DNA from: TPA_inf: Saccharomyces
Lineage: Eukaryota
Length of the DNA stretch: 64,000 nt
Direction: 5' to 3'
Assembly (NCBI GenBank): GCA_000146045.2
Contig: BK006938.2
Span: forward strand, 512,001-576,000
Positions 24,601-34,641 of the stretch are shown here, one piece after another. Within the stretch, counting starts at the first letter, position 1, and each line of letters begins with the position of its first letter. Under the pieces are notes generated by a model. The model was not told the origin of the DNA. It worked only from the letters and a program-made list of their open reading frames with translations, and did no database searches. The translations under genes were made by a program, and so were the position numbers.

Positions 24601-26186
24601 CGTCATTCACTTGATCTTTAGTGAAAGATTTGGAGGCAAAACCCAAGACTCTTAAACCCTCATTTGATAGACTGTAAACATTTTTCCTTATCGTTTCGAC
24701 ATCACAATCGGTCAATGGTGTGATTTTTACACCATCCTTACCATACCAAGAACTGCAACAACTGATGATGCTTTCGAAAGCACCCTTGCCATAAATATTA
24801 TATGTTTCGTTGTGATTGTTGTAGTAGACAGATGACATTCGCTTCACAGTTGAGTCGAATGGGAATTCAGCAATATGTTCGAATTGTGCACTGCCAGGCT
24901 TCTCATTGTGTTGTGAAAGAGAGGATTGGTCATTCTCATTACTTTGATTAGTCGATTTCTCACCGGTAAGGGCATTGTGAGGCAAGTCCATCTTAGTAGC
25001 AAACACTTGAATCGCAATTTCTGTTGGGTCACCATGAGCTTTCCAACAGTCAGTTGCGTCATCTTTGAAAACAGTAGCAATGTTAGCCAAAGTGGCGGTT
25101 TCGAGCCATTTTTGAAATAGATCCATGTCAATATCTTCTGGTAAATCTTTTTCGTATAGGCGATCCTTGAAATTCTGGAGAATACCAACGTCACCATCCT
25201 CATTATGAGAATATTCGTAAGGTGAAAACCTTGGAATCAAACTCACGTTGCCCTCATTGGGATTAAAGGGGTCATCAGAATTCGAGATAGTTATGGTACC
25301 AAAGCGAGGGATCCAAATTTGCCTCGCTAACATTTTACCCTGTGTAAGAGTACCGGTCTTGTCAGAACAGATATCGTTAACGGCACCTAAAGCTTCCAGA
25401 GAATCTAATTTTCTTACAATAACGTTTCTAGAAACCATAACAGCAGCCCCAACAGACATGGTGATGGTCAAGACAACGACTAATGAAGAGGGAATCATGG
25501 ATAGGGCCACACAAATGGCATAGATAGCTACCCTTTTATCTACGTCAAACTTTTGAGAGGCCATGACGATGATAGCAAAAAGTACGGCAATCCAGAAAAG
25601 CAATACCGCCAACTTAGACAGTTTCCTGTGCAGGGGCGTACCGACATTTGTACCTAAAAATGCACCAGTAACTTTCTTTGTAGATATCCATGTATTCTGT
25701 AACCACGACTTACTAGGATCGCGGGAAATGAGACCTGAATCACCTTGTAGAGATTTTGCAATTTTACCAATTTCACTATTCAAAGCTGTCTTGATGACAA
25801 TACCCTTGGCTCTTCCCTTGACAACGGCGGATGAAGAAAATGCTAAATTCAAACGATCACCCACGGAGGTTTCTTCTTCTTTTCCAAACACTAAGTTGGC
25901 GTCTTTGGAGACAGGCAAAGATTCACCGGTCAGTAGTGATTCATCAGTATCAAAATTCTTAGTTTCAATTAAACGCAAATCAGCAGGAATAGTATCACCG
26001 ACCTTCACCAGACAAATATCACCTGGAACCACATCTTTTGAGTTTATAGTCTCACTTTTCCCGTTCCTAATAACATGAGCATTGGGAGAGCTCAAGTTTT
26101 TCAAAGAGTTCATTGTCTTGGTAGCCTTATATTCTTGAACTAGGCCAATGAGCACATTGACCGCGATAACAAAAGAAATAACGCCA
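15536..26186 (-). repeat. Core of a 3 x 3885-bp head-to-tail tandem repeat (ENA array); near-perfect identity between units within these bounds
   Basis: ORF starts at 18697, 22582 and 26467 and stops at 15422, 19307 and 23192 are each spaced exactly 3885 bp. The inter-gene spacers 18698-19306 and 22583-23191 read identically. Divergence appears only below ~15535 and above ~26186. Confidence 0.9.
19307..22582 (-). CDS. ENA2: P-type Na+/Li+ efflux ATPase, 1091 aa, middle copy
   Basis: Nearly identical to ENA5 except the C-terminal tail and a few substitutions (e.g. PPHDSE vs PPNDSE). Same 609-bp upstream spacer as ENA5. Confidence 0.85.
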   Translation of the reverse strand: MSEGTVKENNNEEFNAYHTLTTEEAAEFIGTSLTEGLTQDESLRRLKAVGENTLGDDTKIDYKAMVLHQVCNAMIMVLVISMAISFAVRDWITGGVISFVIAVNVLIGLVQEYKATKTMNSLKNLSSPNAHVIRNGKSETINSKDVVPGDICLVKVGDTIPADLRLIETKNFDTDESLLTGESLPVSKDANLVFGKEEETSVGDRLNLAFSSSAVVKGRAKGIVIKTALNSEIGKIAKSLQGDSGLISRDPSKSWLQNTWISTKKVTGAFLGTNVGTPLHRKLSKLAVLLFWIAVLFAIIVMASQKFDVDKRVAIYAICVALSMIPSSLVVVLTITMSVGAAVMVSRNVIVRKLDSLEALGAVNDICSDKTGTLTQGKMLARQIWIPRFGTITISNSDDPFNPNEGNVSLIPRFSPYEYSHNEDGDVGILQNFKDRLYEKDLPEDIDMDLFQKWLETATLANIATVFKDDATDCWKAHGDPTEIAIQVFATKMDLPHNALTGEKSTNQSNENDQSSLSQHNEKPGSAQFEHIAEFPFDSTVKRMSSVYYNNHNETYNIYGKGAFESIISCCSSWYGKDGVKITPLTDCDVETIRKNVYSLSNEGLRVLGFASKSFTKDQVNDDQLKNITSNRATAESDLVFLGLIGIYDPPRNETAGAVKKFHQAGINVHMLTGDFVGTAKAIAQEVGILPTNLYHYSQEIVDSMVMTGSQFDGLSEEEVDDLPVLPLVIARCSPQTKVRMIEALHRRKKFCAMTGDGVNDSPSLKMANVGIAMGINGSDVSKEASDIVLSDDNFASILNAVEEGRRMTDNIQKFVLQLLAENVAQALYLIIGLVFRDENGKSVFPLSPVEVLWIIVVTSCFPAMGLGLEKAAPDLMDRPPHDSEVGIFTWEVIIDTFAYGIIMTGSCMASFTGSLYGINSGRLGHDCDGTYNSSCRDVYRSRSAAFATMTWCALILAWEVVDMRRSFFRMHPDTDSPVKEFFRSIWGNQFLFWSIIFGFVSAFPVVYIPVINDKVFLHKPIGAEWGLAIAFTIAFWIGAELYKCGKRRYFKTQRAHNPENDLESNNKRDPFEAYSTSTTIHTEVNIGIKQ

Positions 26187-26467
26187 CCAGTAATCCAATC
26201 ATGCATGGCAAACGAGATTATCATGGATATTAGAAGGACCATGATCATGGCATTACATACCTGATGGAGGACCATTGCCTTGTAATCAATTTTAGTGTCA
26301 TCACCCAATGTGTTCTCACCCACTGTTTTCAATCTGTGGACGAACTCATCTTGGGTCAAACCTTCAGTTAGACTTGTGCCTATGAATTCAGCGGCTTCTT
26401 CTGCAGTCAGCGTGTGATAAGCATTGAATTCTGCATTATTGTTTTCCTTAGTAGTTCCTTCGCCCAT
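23192..26467 (-). CDS. ENA1: P-type Na+/Li+ efflux ATPase, 1091 aa, proximal copy with diverged N-terminal ~95 aa and a unique complex promoter
   Basis: Identical to ENA2 over most of its length (one A-to-T substitution seen, KKFCTMTGDG). The first ~280 nt are diverged (MGEGTTKENNNAEF... vs MSEGTVKENNNEEF...). The upstream region is unique. Confidence 0.85.
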   Translation of the reverse strand: MGEGTTKENNNAEFNAYHTLTAEEAAEFIGTSLTEGLTQDEFVHRLKTVGENTLGDDTKIDYKAMVLHQVCNAMIMVLLISMIISFAMHDWITGGVISFVIAVNVLIGLVQEYKATKTMNSLKNLSSPNAHVIRNGKSETINSKDVVPGDICLVKVGDTIPADLRLIETKNFDTDESLLTGESLPVSKDANLVFGKEEETSVGDRLNLAFSSSAVVKGRAKGIVIKTALNSEIGKIAKSLQGDSGLISRDPSKSWLQNTWISTKKVTGAFLGTNVGTPLHRKLSKLAVLLFWIAVLFAIIVMASQKFDVDKRVAIYAICVALSMIPSSLVVVLTITMSVGAAVMVSRNVIVRKLDSLEALGAVNDICSDKTGTLTQGKMLARQIWIPRFGTITISNSDDPFNPNEGNVSLIPRFSPYEYSHNEDGDVGILQNFKDRLYEKDLPEDIDMDLFQKWLETATLANIATVFKDDATDCWKAHGDPTEIAIQVFATKMDLPHNALTGEKSTNQSNENDQSSLSQHNEKPGSAQFEHIAEFPFDSTVKRMSSVYYNNHNETYNIYGKGAFESIISCCSSWYGKDGVKITPLTDCDVETIRKNVYSLSNEGLRVLGFASKSFTKDQVNDDQLKNITSNRATAESDLVFLGLIGIYDPPRNETAGAVKKFHQAGINVHMLTGDFVGTAKAIAQEVGILPTNLYHYSQEIVDSMVMTGSQFDGLSEEEVDDLPVLPLVIARCSPQTKVRMIEALHRRKKFCTMTGDGVNDSPSLKMANVGIAMGINGSDVSKEASDIVLSDDNFASILNAVEEGRRMTDNIQKFVLQLLAENVAQALYLIIGLVFRDENGKSVFPLSPVEVLWIIVVTSCFPAMGLGLEKAAPDLMDRPPHDSEVGIFTWEVIIDTFAYGIIMTGSCMASFTGSLYGINSGRLGHDCDGTYNSSCRDVYRSRSAAFATMTWCALILAWEVVDMRRSFFRMHPDTDSPVKEFFRSIWGNQFLFWSIIFGFVSAFPVVYIPVINDKVFLHKPIGAEWGLAIAFTIAFWIGAELYKCGKRRYFKTQRAHNPENDLESNNKRDPFEAYSTSTTIHTEVNIGIKQ

Positions 26468-26730
26468 CGAAAATTTTCAATTCTGTGTACGAAGTTTTTT
26501 CTTTAATTAGTAAATATACGTATTGTTGCCTCAAATAAATGTGAATTAAGTGTGAACAGTTCACTTGATGAAGATATCTGCTTTATTAAAGTTAATATTA
26601 GAATATAAATGATTAGACTATTACTAATGAGAAAAGAAAGATAGGAGAAATAGTAGAAATTAATAGTACTCTAAAAAGAAAGAACGGAATAAGAGGAAAA
26701 GACCTTTTATCTATTCAAATTGTTTCCCTT

Positions 26731-26733
<3 letters not shown>

Positions 26734-26764
<31 letters not shown>
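26734..26764. repeat. (TA)15 dinucleotide microsatellite in the ENA1 upstream region (about -270 to -300)
   Basis: tatatatatatatatatatatatatatatat read directly. Confidence 0.9.
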
Positions 26765-26767
<3 letters not shown>

Positions 26768-26968
26768 CCCTGTATATATCTATGTAAATGACGAAAACGC
26801 ATGACATTTTAAAACCTACCCCGGGTTTGACCACAACCCACCGTTCATCTAATATTAACCCGCACCCACCAAGGAAAGAGGCAATAATTCGGGAATACTG
26901 CTCTAAGACCTTGTTTTTTCTTCTGTCAGGTGAAAGTATATGACCAAAATCTACATCCCTGCCCTAAC

Positions 26969-27288
26969 AAACGTCATAGAAGTAGGAAATAAATGATGAG
27001 CCCCGCAAAATGACGCCGCACGGCGATGTTTAAGACCCTGTACTCACAATGTAACCACTTCGTGCAGAAGCTTCTGGGAGGAAAGGGTCCGTACATGAAT
27101 TATCACACCCACACCCCTCATTCAATCCTTCTACCGCGCATGGTAATCAATCATAACAGGAAGCGATAAGAAAGTTTACATTGCACAGCCACCCTCATTG
27201 CCTCTGTGATTGAAGATCTGGGAGTGGGGCTAAAGGTGCAACTTCCGTACAAGAGTGACGAGATAAAGGATTTTCCACGGAATGGCTG
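26969..27288 (-). promoter_or_regulatory. ENA1 upstream regulatory module. Positions are relative to the ENA1 ATG at 26467. CRE/Sko1-type TGACGTTT (26969-26976, about -505). AT-box plus GCGGGG Mig1-type site (27001-27012, about -540). GGACCCT (27084-27090) and CCCCTC (27114-27119, about -650) Nrg1/Mig-type C-rich sites. GTGGCTG and TGGCTG calcineurin/Crz1 CDRE-like motifs (27184-27193, about -722; 27283-27288, about -818)
   Basis: The motifs are seen directly in the sequence. Their distances from the ATG coincide with ENA1 promoter elements I remember from the literature (CRE ~-510, Mig1 sites ~-540 and ~-655, CDREs ~-725 and ~-815). The remembered positions are not verified. Confidence 0.5.
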
Positions 27289-27754
27289 ACAAAATTCGGG
27301 GCTTGTGTGAGTTCCACGTGCGGATGACTTAATAAGCTCAGTGATTGTACTTTTGACATGATTGATGAACGGCTAGAGATAGCCACCGAGTGGCTACTTA
27401 GTAATAACCAGCGTAGGAAACAATTACGGATTTTGTTATCGTTCACCGATAACCCTAAAATATTGACCACACTGGTAGTCATTAGAATTTAACCAAGAGG
27501 GTAGCTTAGTTCGACCGATAATCAATATTACTGAAGTCTTATCAAATTCTGACTCTTGCCATACCGTTTCTTATCGTCACTGTTTAATCCGGAAATTAGT
27601 CATGTATCCACACATCCTTTATTAACAGCAGAGAGATTGGGCAAGAATGTTAGCAAACTATGTACCAGGCGGGTAATACCTGTACATCTATTTTCTTTTG
27701 AAAAGGAAAAAATGCAAGAAAGGGCATGAAATGAAACTATTTGGTACAAATTAG

Positions 27755-28414
<660 letters not shown>

Positions 28415-28600
28415 AAAGATGATGGCAATCCTATAATTACGCTGGTTCTTGGGACCGAAAAGATTTCGTACTTGTAAATAAAATAGGTGAAGAAGAGGGG
28501 CAAAAAGTAGTAGATTAAATGGTTATACTGAATTTATAAGTAAGTTTAATTATATTTTTTAACTATATGATGAACAATTTTGTACTAATATTGCGGCCCG

Positions 28601-29203
28601 TTATGAGTATTGCTCTTGCCATAAAAGTGTGTTCACTGCTTTGTTTCCTGGTACTGCATACCGCTTAATATTGTTATCGCTCAATAAATTTAGTTTCTGG
28701 AAGCTTTCCAAGGACTTACCAGGTAGCGGGCCTGAGAATCTATTTTTTAGTCCATCGGCTACAAAAATCGGTAGTATATTTGTTCTTGGTAAGTAAGCTT
28801 TGCTAAAGGAAAGTGTCCTTTTTCTGTTTGTATTCTTCTTCGAATTCCACCTGAAATGTTGGACATTCAGGGATGTGTGTAACCGATACTTCTGGTCAGA
28901 GAGTTTGTATACAATATACTCCGCTAATCTGAAAATGGTAAAAAATAATATAAAAACATTCTTGGTAGCAGATATGGAATCTGAATTCATATTGAGAAAG
29001 TTTCGCTCAGTACTCCAACTACTTTCGAGCAGAGTAGTGGAATCAGATTCCATTATTGAGGCTTTCGTTCCGAATAATTGTATAACTGGGTTATAAAATA
29101 GTTGTTGGAAAATAGAAAAAATGAGGACCTTTAGAAACTTTAAACCTTGAAAAGTAGAAAGGGTAGAAATTTTAAGGCTTTGATTATATAATATTTGCTC
29201 CAT
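28601..29203 (-). CDS. YDR042C: Uncharacterised 200-aa protein
   Basis: 200-aa ORF convergent with RSM10. The position matches my memory of YDR042C. No recognisable domain. Confidence 0.6.
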   Translation of the reverse strand: MEQILYNQSLKISTLSTFQGLKFLKVLIFSIFQQLFYNPVIQLFGTKASIMESDSTTLLESSWSTERNFLNMNSDSISATKNVFILFFTIFRLAEYIVYKLSDQKYRLHTSLNVQHFRWNSKKNTNRKRTLSFSKAYLPRTNILPIFVADGLKNRFSGPLPGKSLESFQKLNLLSDNNIKRYAVPGNKAVNTLLWQEQYS

Positions 29204-29599
29204 GTTGTGAAAAGAAAAAGATTTTTTCTCTTAGAGACCTAGTCGTTTGTTAGCTGTTGTTGATTCGCTATTTTCAATAGTAAAGTTTCTAATAAAATGA
29301 CAAACATGAAGAAGATATAAGTGCGTGTTCTTCCAATATATAATATTTGTACTGCAGATACACAGATTCAAATTTTTCCCTGTTATCCGCCTTTCTTCTT
29401 GGAAATTGGTAACAGGATTTTGTGTCATTAGCAAAAATAATAGCCATTAGTAAGTACGCTTTGTTATCCCGACGCGAAACAGAAACAGAAATAAAGAAAA
29501 TGAAAGCTACTCTGATTTACGTTACCGCCATTGAAGATGGAGGATGAAGCACAATAAGAATAAGAAAAAAGAAAATCAGCAAGAATGACGCGAAAATAT

Positions 29600-29702
29600 A
29601 TTATCAGTGTTAAAAAGCTATTGTCAAAGTTTGTTTCCACCTATAAAGGATTCGGACGAAGAAATTCATGTTGTTGTTGTTATAGGATATCATCATATAT
29701 AT
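29600..29702 (-). ncRNA. SNR47: Candidate box C/D snoRNA (probably snR47): C box AUGAUGA near the 5-prime end, D box CUGA near the 3-prime end, with terminal AU-rich complementarity
   Basis: The minus strand reads aaaatatatATGATGAtatcctataacaacaacaacatgaatttcttcgtccgaatcctttataggtggaaacaaactttgacaatagctttttaacaCTGAtaatatatttt. The C/D arrangement and ~100-nt size fit. I recall SNR47 between YDR042C and NRG1, but this is unverified. Confidence 0.5.
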
Positions 29703-30673
29703 TTTCGATCACTCGCCAAGAGAATGTATAATAAGGAAAAAGATACCACGTTCTTCTGAACATGTTCAATATCCTTTCTCCTACTTTGCTCAGTACTTGA
29801 GCCCCATGCGTTTACATGATTTCAAAAGATATGGAGCTGAAGCCTTTTGTCTTGGCCGAGGATATGGCACCTTTTATATGACCGTATGGAAGACGTAGAG
29901 TGGATGAAAATTTTGTGAAAAAAAAAAGCTTATAGGAACAAAAACATCCTTACATCTTCGGGTATTTCTTCTAGGGTTGAAGTATAATAATTAACTATAC
30001 TATTGTTCGGAGACAGTTCTGATGCCTAGTAAAACGCTTGCAGCTCTAAAAAAATTTGTCTTATTTTTTTCTTCTTCAATGAGCTGTTACCATTGCTGTA
30101 AGAGATGCTCGAAAGGTAGTACCTTCAGTGAATTATCTGACGTACATCACGTGAACTGTTTTGCGTAGTAAATTGTTCAACGATAATATATCGTTGTTAG
30201 TGATCAAAAAGTAACTATGCAAACTGCAAATGTCAAAAAGCCACAGTTTCTAAAAGAAAAGCAATGAATGAAGAAGGTTTGGGGTTGTAAATGTTAATGC
30301 AGCGACGTCTGTTTTTTTGTTATGACAGGAAGTCAGGAGGTAGTCACAGTCTCGTATTAAGCAAAAGTGGTCTGTTTAGGTGGCATAATAGCCTTGTTGC
30401 AGCACTACTTGCTACCGAGGCGCAGCCTTACAACTAAAATGTCCAGACATGATCTTAAGCGGAAGGGAGGGGTTTTTGCTTCCGTTTTTTTGACATTAAA
30501 AGTTTTCTTAATGCCGCGCGTTTGAAAGGAAACTGATCTGAAAGTGATTTATGATGCCAAAAAAAAAAAAAAATCTTTTGAAGTACAATGTATGTATGCA
30601 TGAGTTTATAAAAAATGATGTAAAGTGCGGAATAGTAGTACTGCTAATGAGAAAAACACGGGTATACCGTCAA

Positions 30674-31369
30674 TTATTGTCCCTTTTTCAAATGTGTTCT
30701 ATAGTGTTGCAAGCAATTATCATGTCGACTGAATCGCTGCGTGCATCCCTTATACGGACAACAATGATTTTTTTCGCCCGTATGAATTCTATTATGCCTT
30801 GCTAAATGACCCGATGTAGTGAATCCTCTTGCGCAAATTTTGCAAATGTATTTGCGCCTTTGTTCAAGGTCTTCCTCATCTGATAACGTATTTCTTGGAT
30901 CTGTTCTTTGCTTCCGCGTTTTCAGAGAGTATCTACTATTTGCCATCTTATTATATGCATCATTAGAAACTATTCCGTTCTCAGGCTGTTGTATTATTGA
31001 TGAATTACAAGTTAGTTGTGATAGCGAGCTTTTTTCGGATGAATCTGAATTATATTGTACCGATGAATTGTCAAAAGAGACGCTTCTTGTTTGTAAATTA
31101 GGCGTTATTAAGTATTTTGGCTCCCACTTTTCAGAGCCATTTTCTGATTTGGTTTGGTATCGGAAATCAAAAGCAGTCTTATTTAATTTGTGTTTTAGTT
31201 CATTCTCTACCACATGAGAATTAGTTAGAACTGGTAGTAGCGTCTGATATTTTCTTTCCGGGCTTATTTCAACGTTTTCTTCATCTTGCATTCCATCAAA
31301 TGCGGAGATTCCCGGCAGTGCGGGCATAGTAGAAACATTGAGGTTACTATAGTTATATGGGTAAAACAT
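30674..31369 (-). CDS. NRG1: C2H2 zinc-finger transcriptional repressor (glucose/alkaline-pH regulated; represses ENA1 among other targets), 231 aa
   Basis: Two C-terminal C2H2 fingers (YICKICARGFTTSGHLARHNRIHTGEKNHCCPYKGCTQRFSRHDNCLQHYRTH). The start is taken at the internal ATG 31369 (MFYPYNYSNL...) from memory of the 231-aa protein. The ORF track extends to 31417. Confidence 0.8.
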   Translation of the reverse strand: MFYPYNYSNLNVSTMPALPGISAFDGMQDEENVEISPERKYQTLLPVLTNSHVVENELKHKLNKTAFDFRYQTKSENGSEKWEPKYLITPNLQTRSVSFDNSSVQYNSDSSEKSSLSQLTCNSSIIQQPENGIVSNDAYNKMANSRYSLKTRKQRTDPRNTLSDEEDLEQRRKYICKICARGFTTSGHLARHNRIHTGEKNHCCPYKGCTQRFSRHDNCLQHYRTHLKKGQ

Positions 31370-34300
31370 TGCCTGAAAGTTTGCGAAGGGTAGTAATATG
31401 CTGGTCGAGAGGAACAATCCAAGAAAGGTGAATGGTAGAAAAAGGCGCCGTAATGGTAGGAATTACAGTACAATAATACTTTGCAGAATCGTATACGATA
31501 TGATTTTTACTTTCAAAAGCTGCAGAATTCCCTTATAGCATCAAAAAACTGTAAACGAGGTGGAGTAATATAATTTCTTTTAGTTAAGAGATGGGAACCA
31601 AATTTTTTTTAATTTGGGTTTGGAAAGTTCTCTTCCTTATATATGAATAACGGAAAAGGAGCCTGCAGCCAGACTGTAGAAAGATGACACTGCCAAGAGA
31701 ATAATTAAAAGAAAAAACACCCCAAACACCCTGACCGGCGGCGAAGCCCCTCTGCGCGCTCAACGCGTTTCGTTTCACGCTTAAGGGTCCTCAAGAGGCC
31801 ATAGTCTTTTACCGATAAGAAAAATCTAGACCCAATGAATTTTTCCCTTCTTTTCCGGTGCGGCCTTTTCACTGCTAAACAGTAAAAAGCATTTCTTGGC
31901 TTTCCCTGAGGGTGTTGACCGCAACCAAGCCAATACTTCATTTTGCTTTTTCCTCTTTTAGAAAACAGAGTTTTCCCTGTCTCAAACGTTTCAAAGACAA
32001 ATATGCGGAAAATCAACTTATAAGTAGAAAAATACTAGCGATTTTTCTAGTTAGAATATTTAGGGGAACTATGCGAAGACAAACGGTGAAGTCAAAAGAA
32101 ACACACTGCCTCGATTAGAAAGGCTTATCTGCCACAGTTTAATTTTTTTTTAATTTTATTTCTTTTTTTTTTATTTAACTAGAATCTGGCTAAAAATAAG
32201 CAACGGTCCGTGTAGATTACTGTTTCGAACGAGGAACAACTGAAGGAAAAGTTTTTTATTTTCCGCGAAGTTCGTATATTTTAGTTTTCTTTTACTCCAA
32301 GGGTTCGTGACGTCGAATTCCTATCAGCTTTTTTTTGCGCTTGGCGTTCTAGGTCCCTGTGCCCGTCTGAAACTATTCGTACATAGCATTACTAGAGTAC
32401 ATAATATCGTCTACCATACATACGACGGGTAGCCAGATTTTGTGCCGGATTGTCGGGGAAAAGACGGCAAATGAGCTCATACGTAATGGTGCGATTTTGA
32501 TTCTTAGCTTTCTATTTCTGGAGAAAAGTACTCCAAGGTGGGGAAGGGGGGAGGCTGGGACTAGTTGTTATATGATGTAGCCTAAATGTAACGAGGCGTG
32601 GCTCTTTCATCTTATCTCAATGAATAAGTGTAAATTGCCTCGCCTGGTTTAATCTTTTCTCCACATGCAGTAATAGGTATAAAAGGAGTTGAAATTAAAA
32701 ATAATAATAAATAATGATATAAAAATTATAAGTTTCTCCTTTCGGAACTAAAAAATAATATTAATAATAATATATAAATATTATATCTTTTTTATAATAT
32801 AACATAGATACGAGTTTTTATGTTCCTTTGGCAATAGCTTTTCGTGACTTGTTTTAAATACAAGGCATATAGGCGCAGCTTCACCAAGATATTCTGGCTT
32901 AAACCAGCACTATGTATATTTTGGTGTTTGATACCGATATCGGCAGCTCGAAGCGTTTTTATGAACTGTAAAAATATGTCCTACATAGTTGTTTGGTAAT
33001 TTTTTGGTTTTTTAAGATTGTTTTATGAATAGGTGTTTTACCAGAAGGCTATCGCCAGGTAACTCTTTTAACTAAATCGAAAAGATTTATTTGACGTGTC
33101 ATATTGTAAAAACTAAATGGAAGACAGAAACTAACTTTGTCGACACCTATTTTAAACAAGTATCAAACGCGGGCTATAATTTTTATGAGAGCAATCAATG
33201 CAATGGAGTCTATTTCCGGTTAAATGGCACGATTGTGCGTAAAAACACGAGAAAGTGGAAGCATCTTTTTCTTAATGACGGATAATTACCCGAAACAGTG
33301 CAACTGCAAGTGCATACTCTTGAAGGACTTACATATTGAGAGGGAACACATTACTACCTTTCAAGAACACTCGCATTTACGGCGTACATATGGTTCCGCG
33401 GTAGACCCTAGGTTGAATTGAAAACCATGTTTTGAAGGAAAGCAAAGGCAGAATGAGAACATGGAGATGTAAATATTTTCCCAGTTAGGCATGACCCAAA
33501 ATCGCAATCCAGATGCAATTTATTATGACACGTAGACCTTTCCGTATCTAACGTAATAAACGATATCTATTTTCGAGGCGCTCGACATCTCGTATCTGGG
33601 ACAGAAAGTGAGGTAGATTATTCAAGAATACCTATTAAGAAAGGTAGAAGGTATTGCACCGATTCCTAGTATCAATTCTTTTCAAAACCACTTATTTTGC
33701 AAAACATGCGTCTAACCTGCCATTTCAGCAACGTAAATAATAATTACTTCCATATATATTCTTCTCCCCCAGTAGCAATTTTGACATGACAAATTTCAGC
33801 GATAGTTGCTTCGGCATTCGAAAATCGTAGAAGTATGTCTTAATGTAGAAGGTTGAGAACAACCGGATCTTGCGGTCATTTTTCTTTTCGAGGAAAGTGC
33901 AAGTCTGCCACTTTCCAGAAGGCATAGCCTTGCCCTTTTGTTGATATTTCTCCCCACCGTAATTGTTGCATTCGCGATCTTTTCAACAATACATTTTATC
34001 ATCAAGCCCGCAAATCCTCTGGAGTTTGTCCTCTCGTTCACTGTTGGGAAAAACAATACGCCTAATTCGTGATTAAGATTCTTCAAACCATTTCCTGCGG
34101 AGTTTTTACTGTGTGTTGAACGGTTCACAGCGTAAAAAAAAGTTACTATAGGCACGGTATTTTAATTTCAATTGTTTAGAAAGTGCCTTCACACCATTAG
34201 CCCCTGGGATTACCGTCATAGGCACTTTCTGCTGAGCTCCTGCGAGATTTCTGCGCTGAAAGAGTAAAAGAAATCTTTCACAGCGGCTCCGCGGGCCCTT

Positions 34301-34456
34301 CTACTTTTAAACGAGTCGCAGGAACAGAAGCCAAATTTCAAAGAACGCTACGCTTTCGCCTTTTCTGGTTCTCCCACCAATAACGCTCCAGCTTGAACAA
34401 AGCATAAGACTGCAACCAAAGCGCTGACGGACGATCCGAAGATAAAGCTTGCTTTG

Positions 34457-34468
34457 CCCATTGTTCTC
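34457..34468 (+). promoter_or_regulatory. Rox1 hypoxic-repressor consensus CCCATTGTTCTC, 175-185 bp upstream of HEM13
   Basis: Exact match to YYYATTGTTCTC read in the sequence. HEM13 is a classical Rox1-repressed hypoxic gene (established knowledge). Confidence 0.55.
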
Positions 34469-34641
34469 GTTTCGAAAGGCTATATAAGGACACGGATTTT
34501 CCTTTTTTTTTCCACCTATTGTCTTTCTTTGTTAAGCTTTTATTCTCCGGGTTTTCTTTTTTTGAGCATATCAAAAGCTTTCTTTTCGCAAATCAAACAT
34601 AGCAAACCGAACTCTTCGAACACAATTAAATACACATAAAG

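Noticed and set aside
27195-27482. 95-aa minus-strand ORF in the ENA1/RSM10 intergenic region
   Set aside because: It lies in the regulatory region carrying the CRE/Mig1/CDRE motifs; no codon bias or recognisable domain. Treated as a chance ORF.
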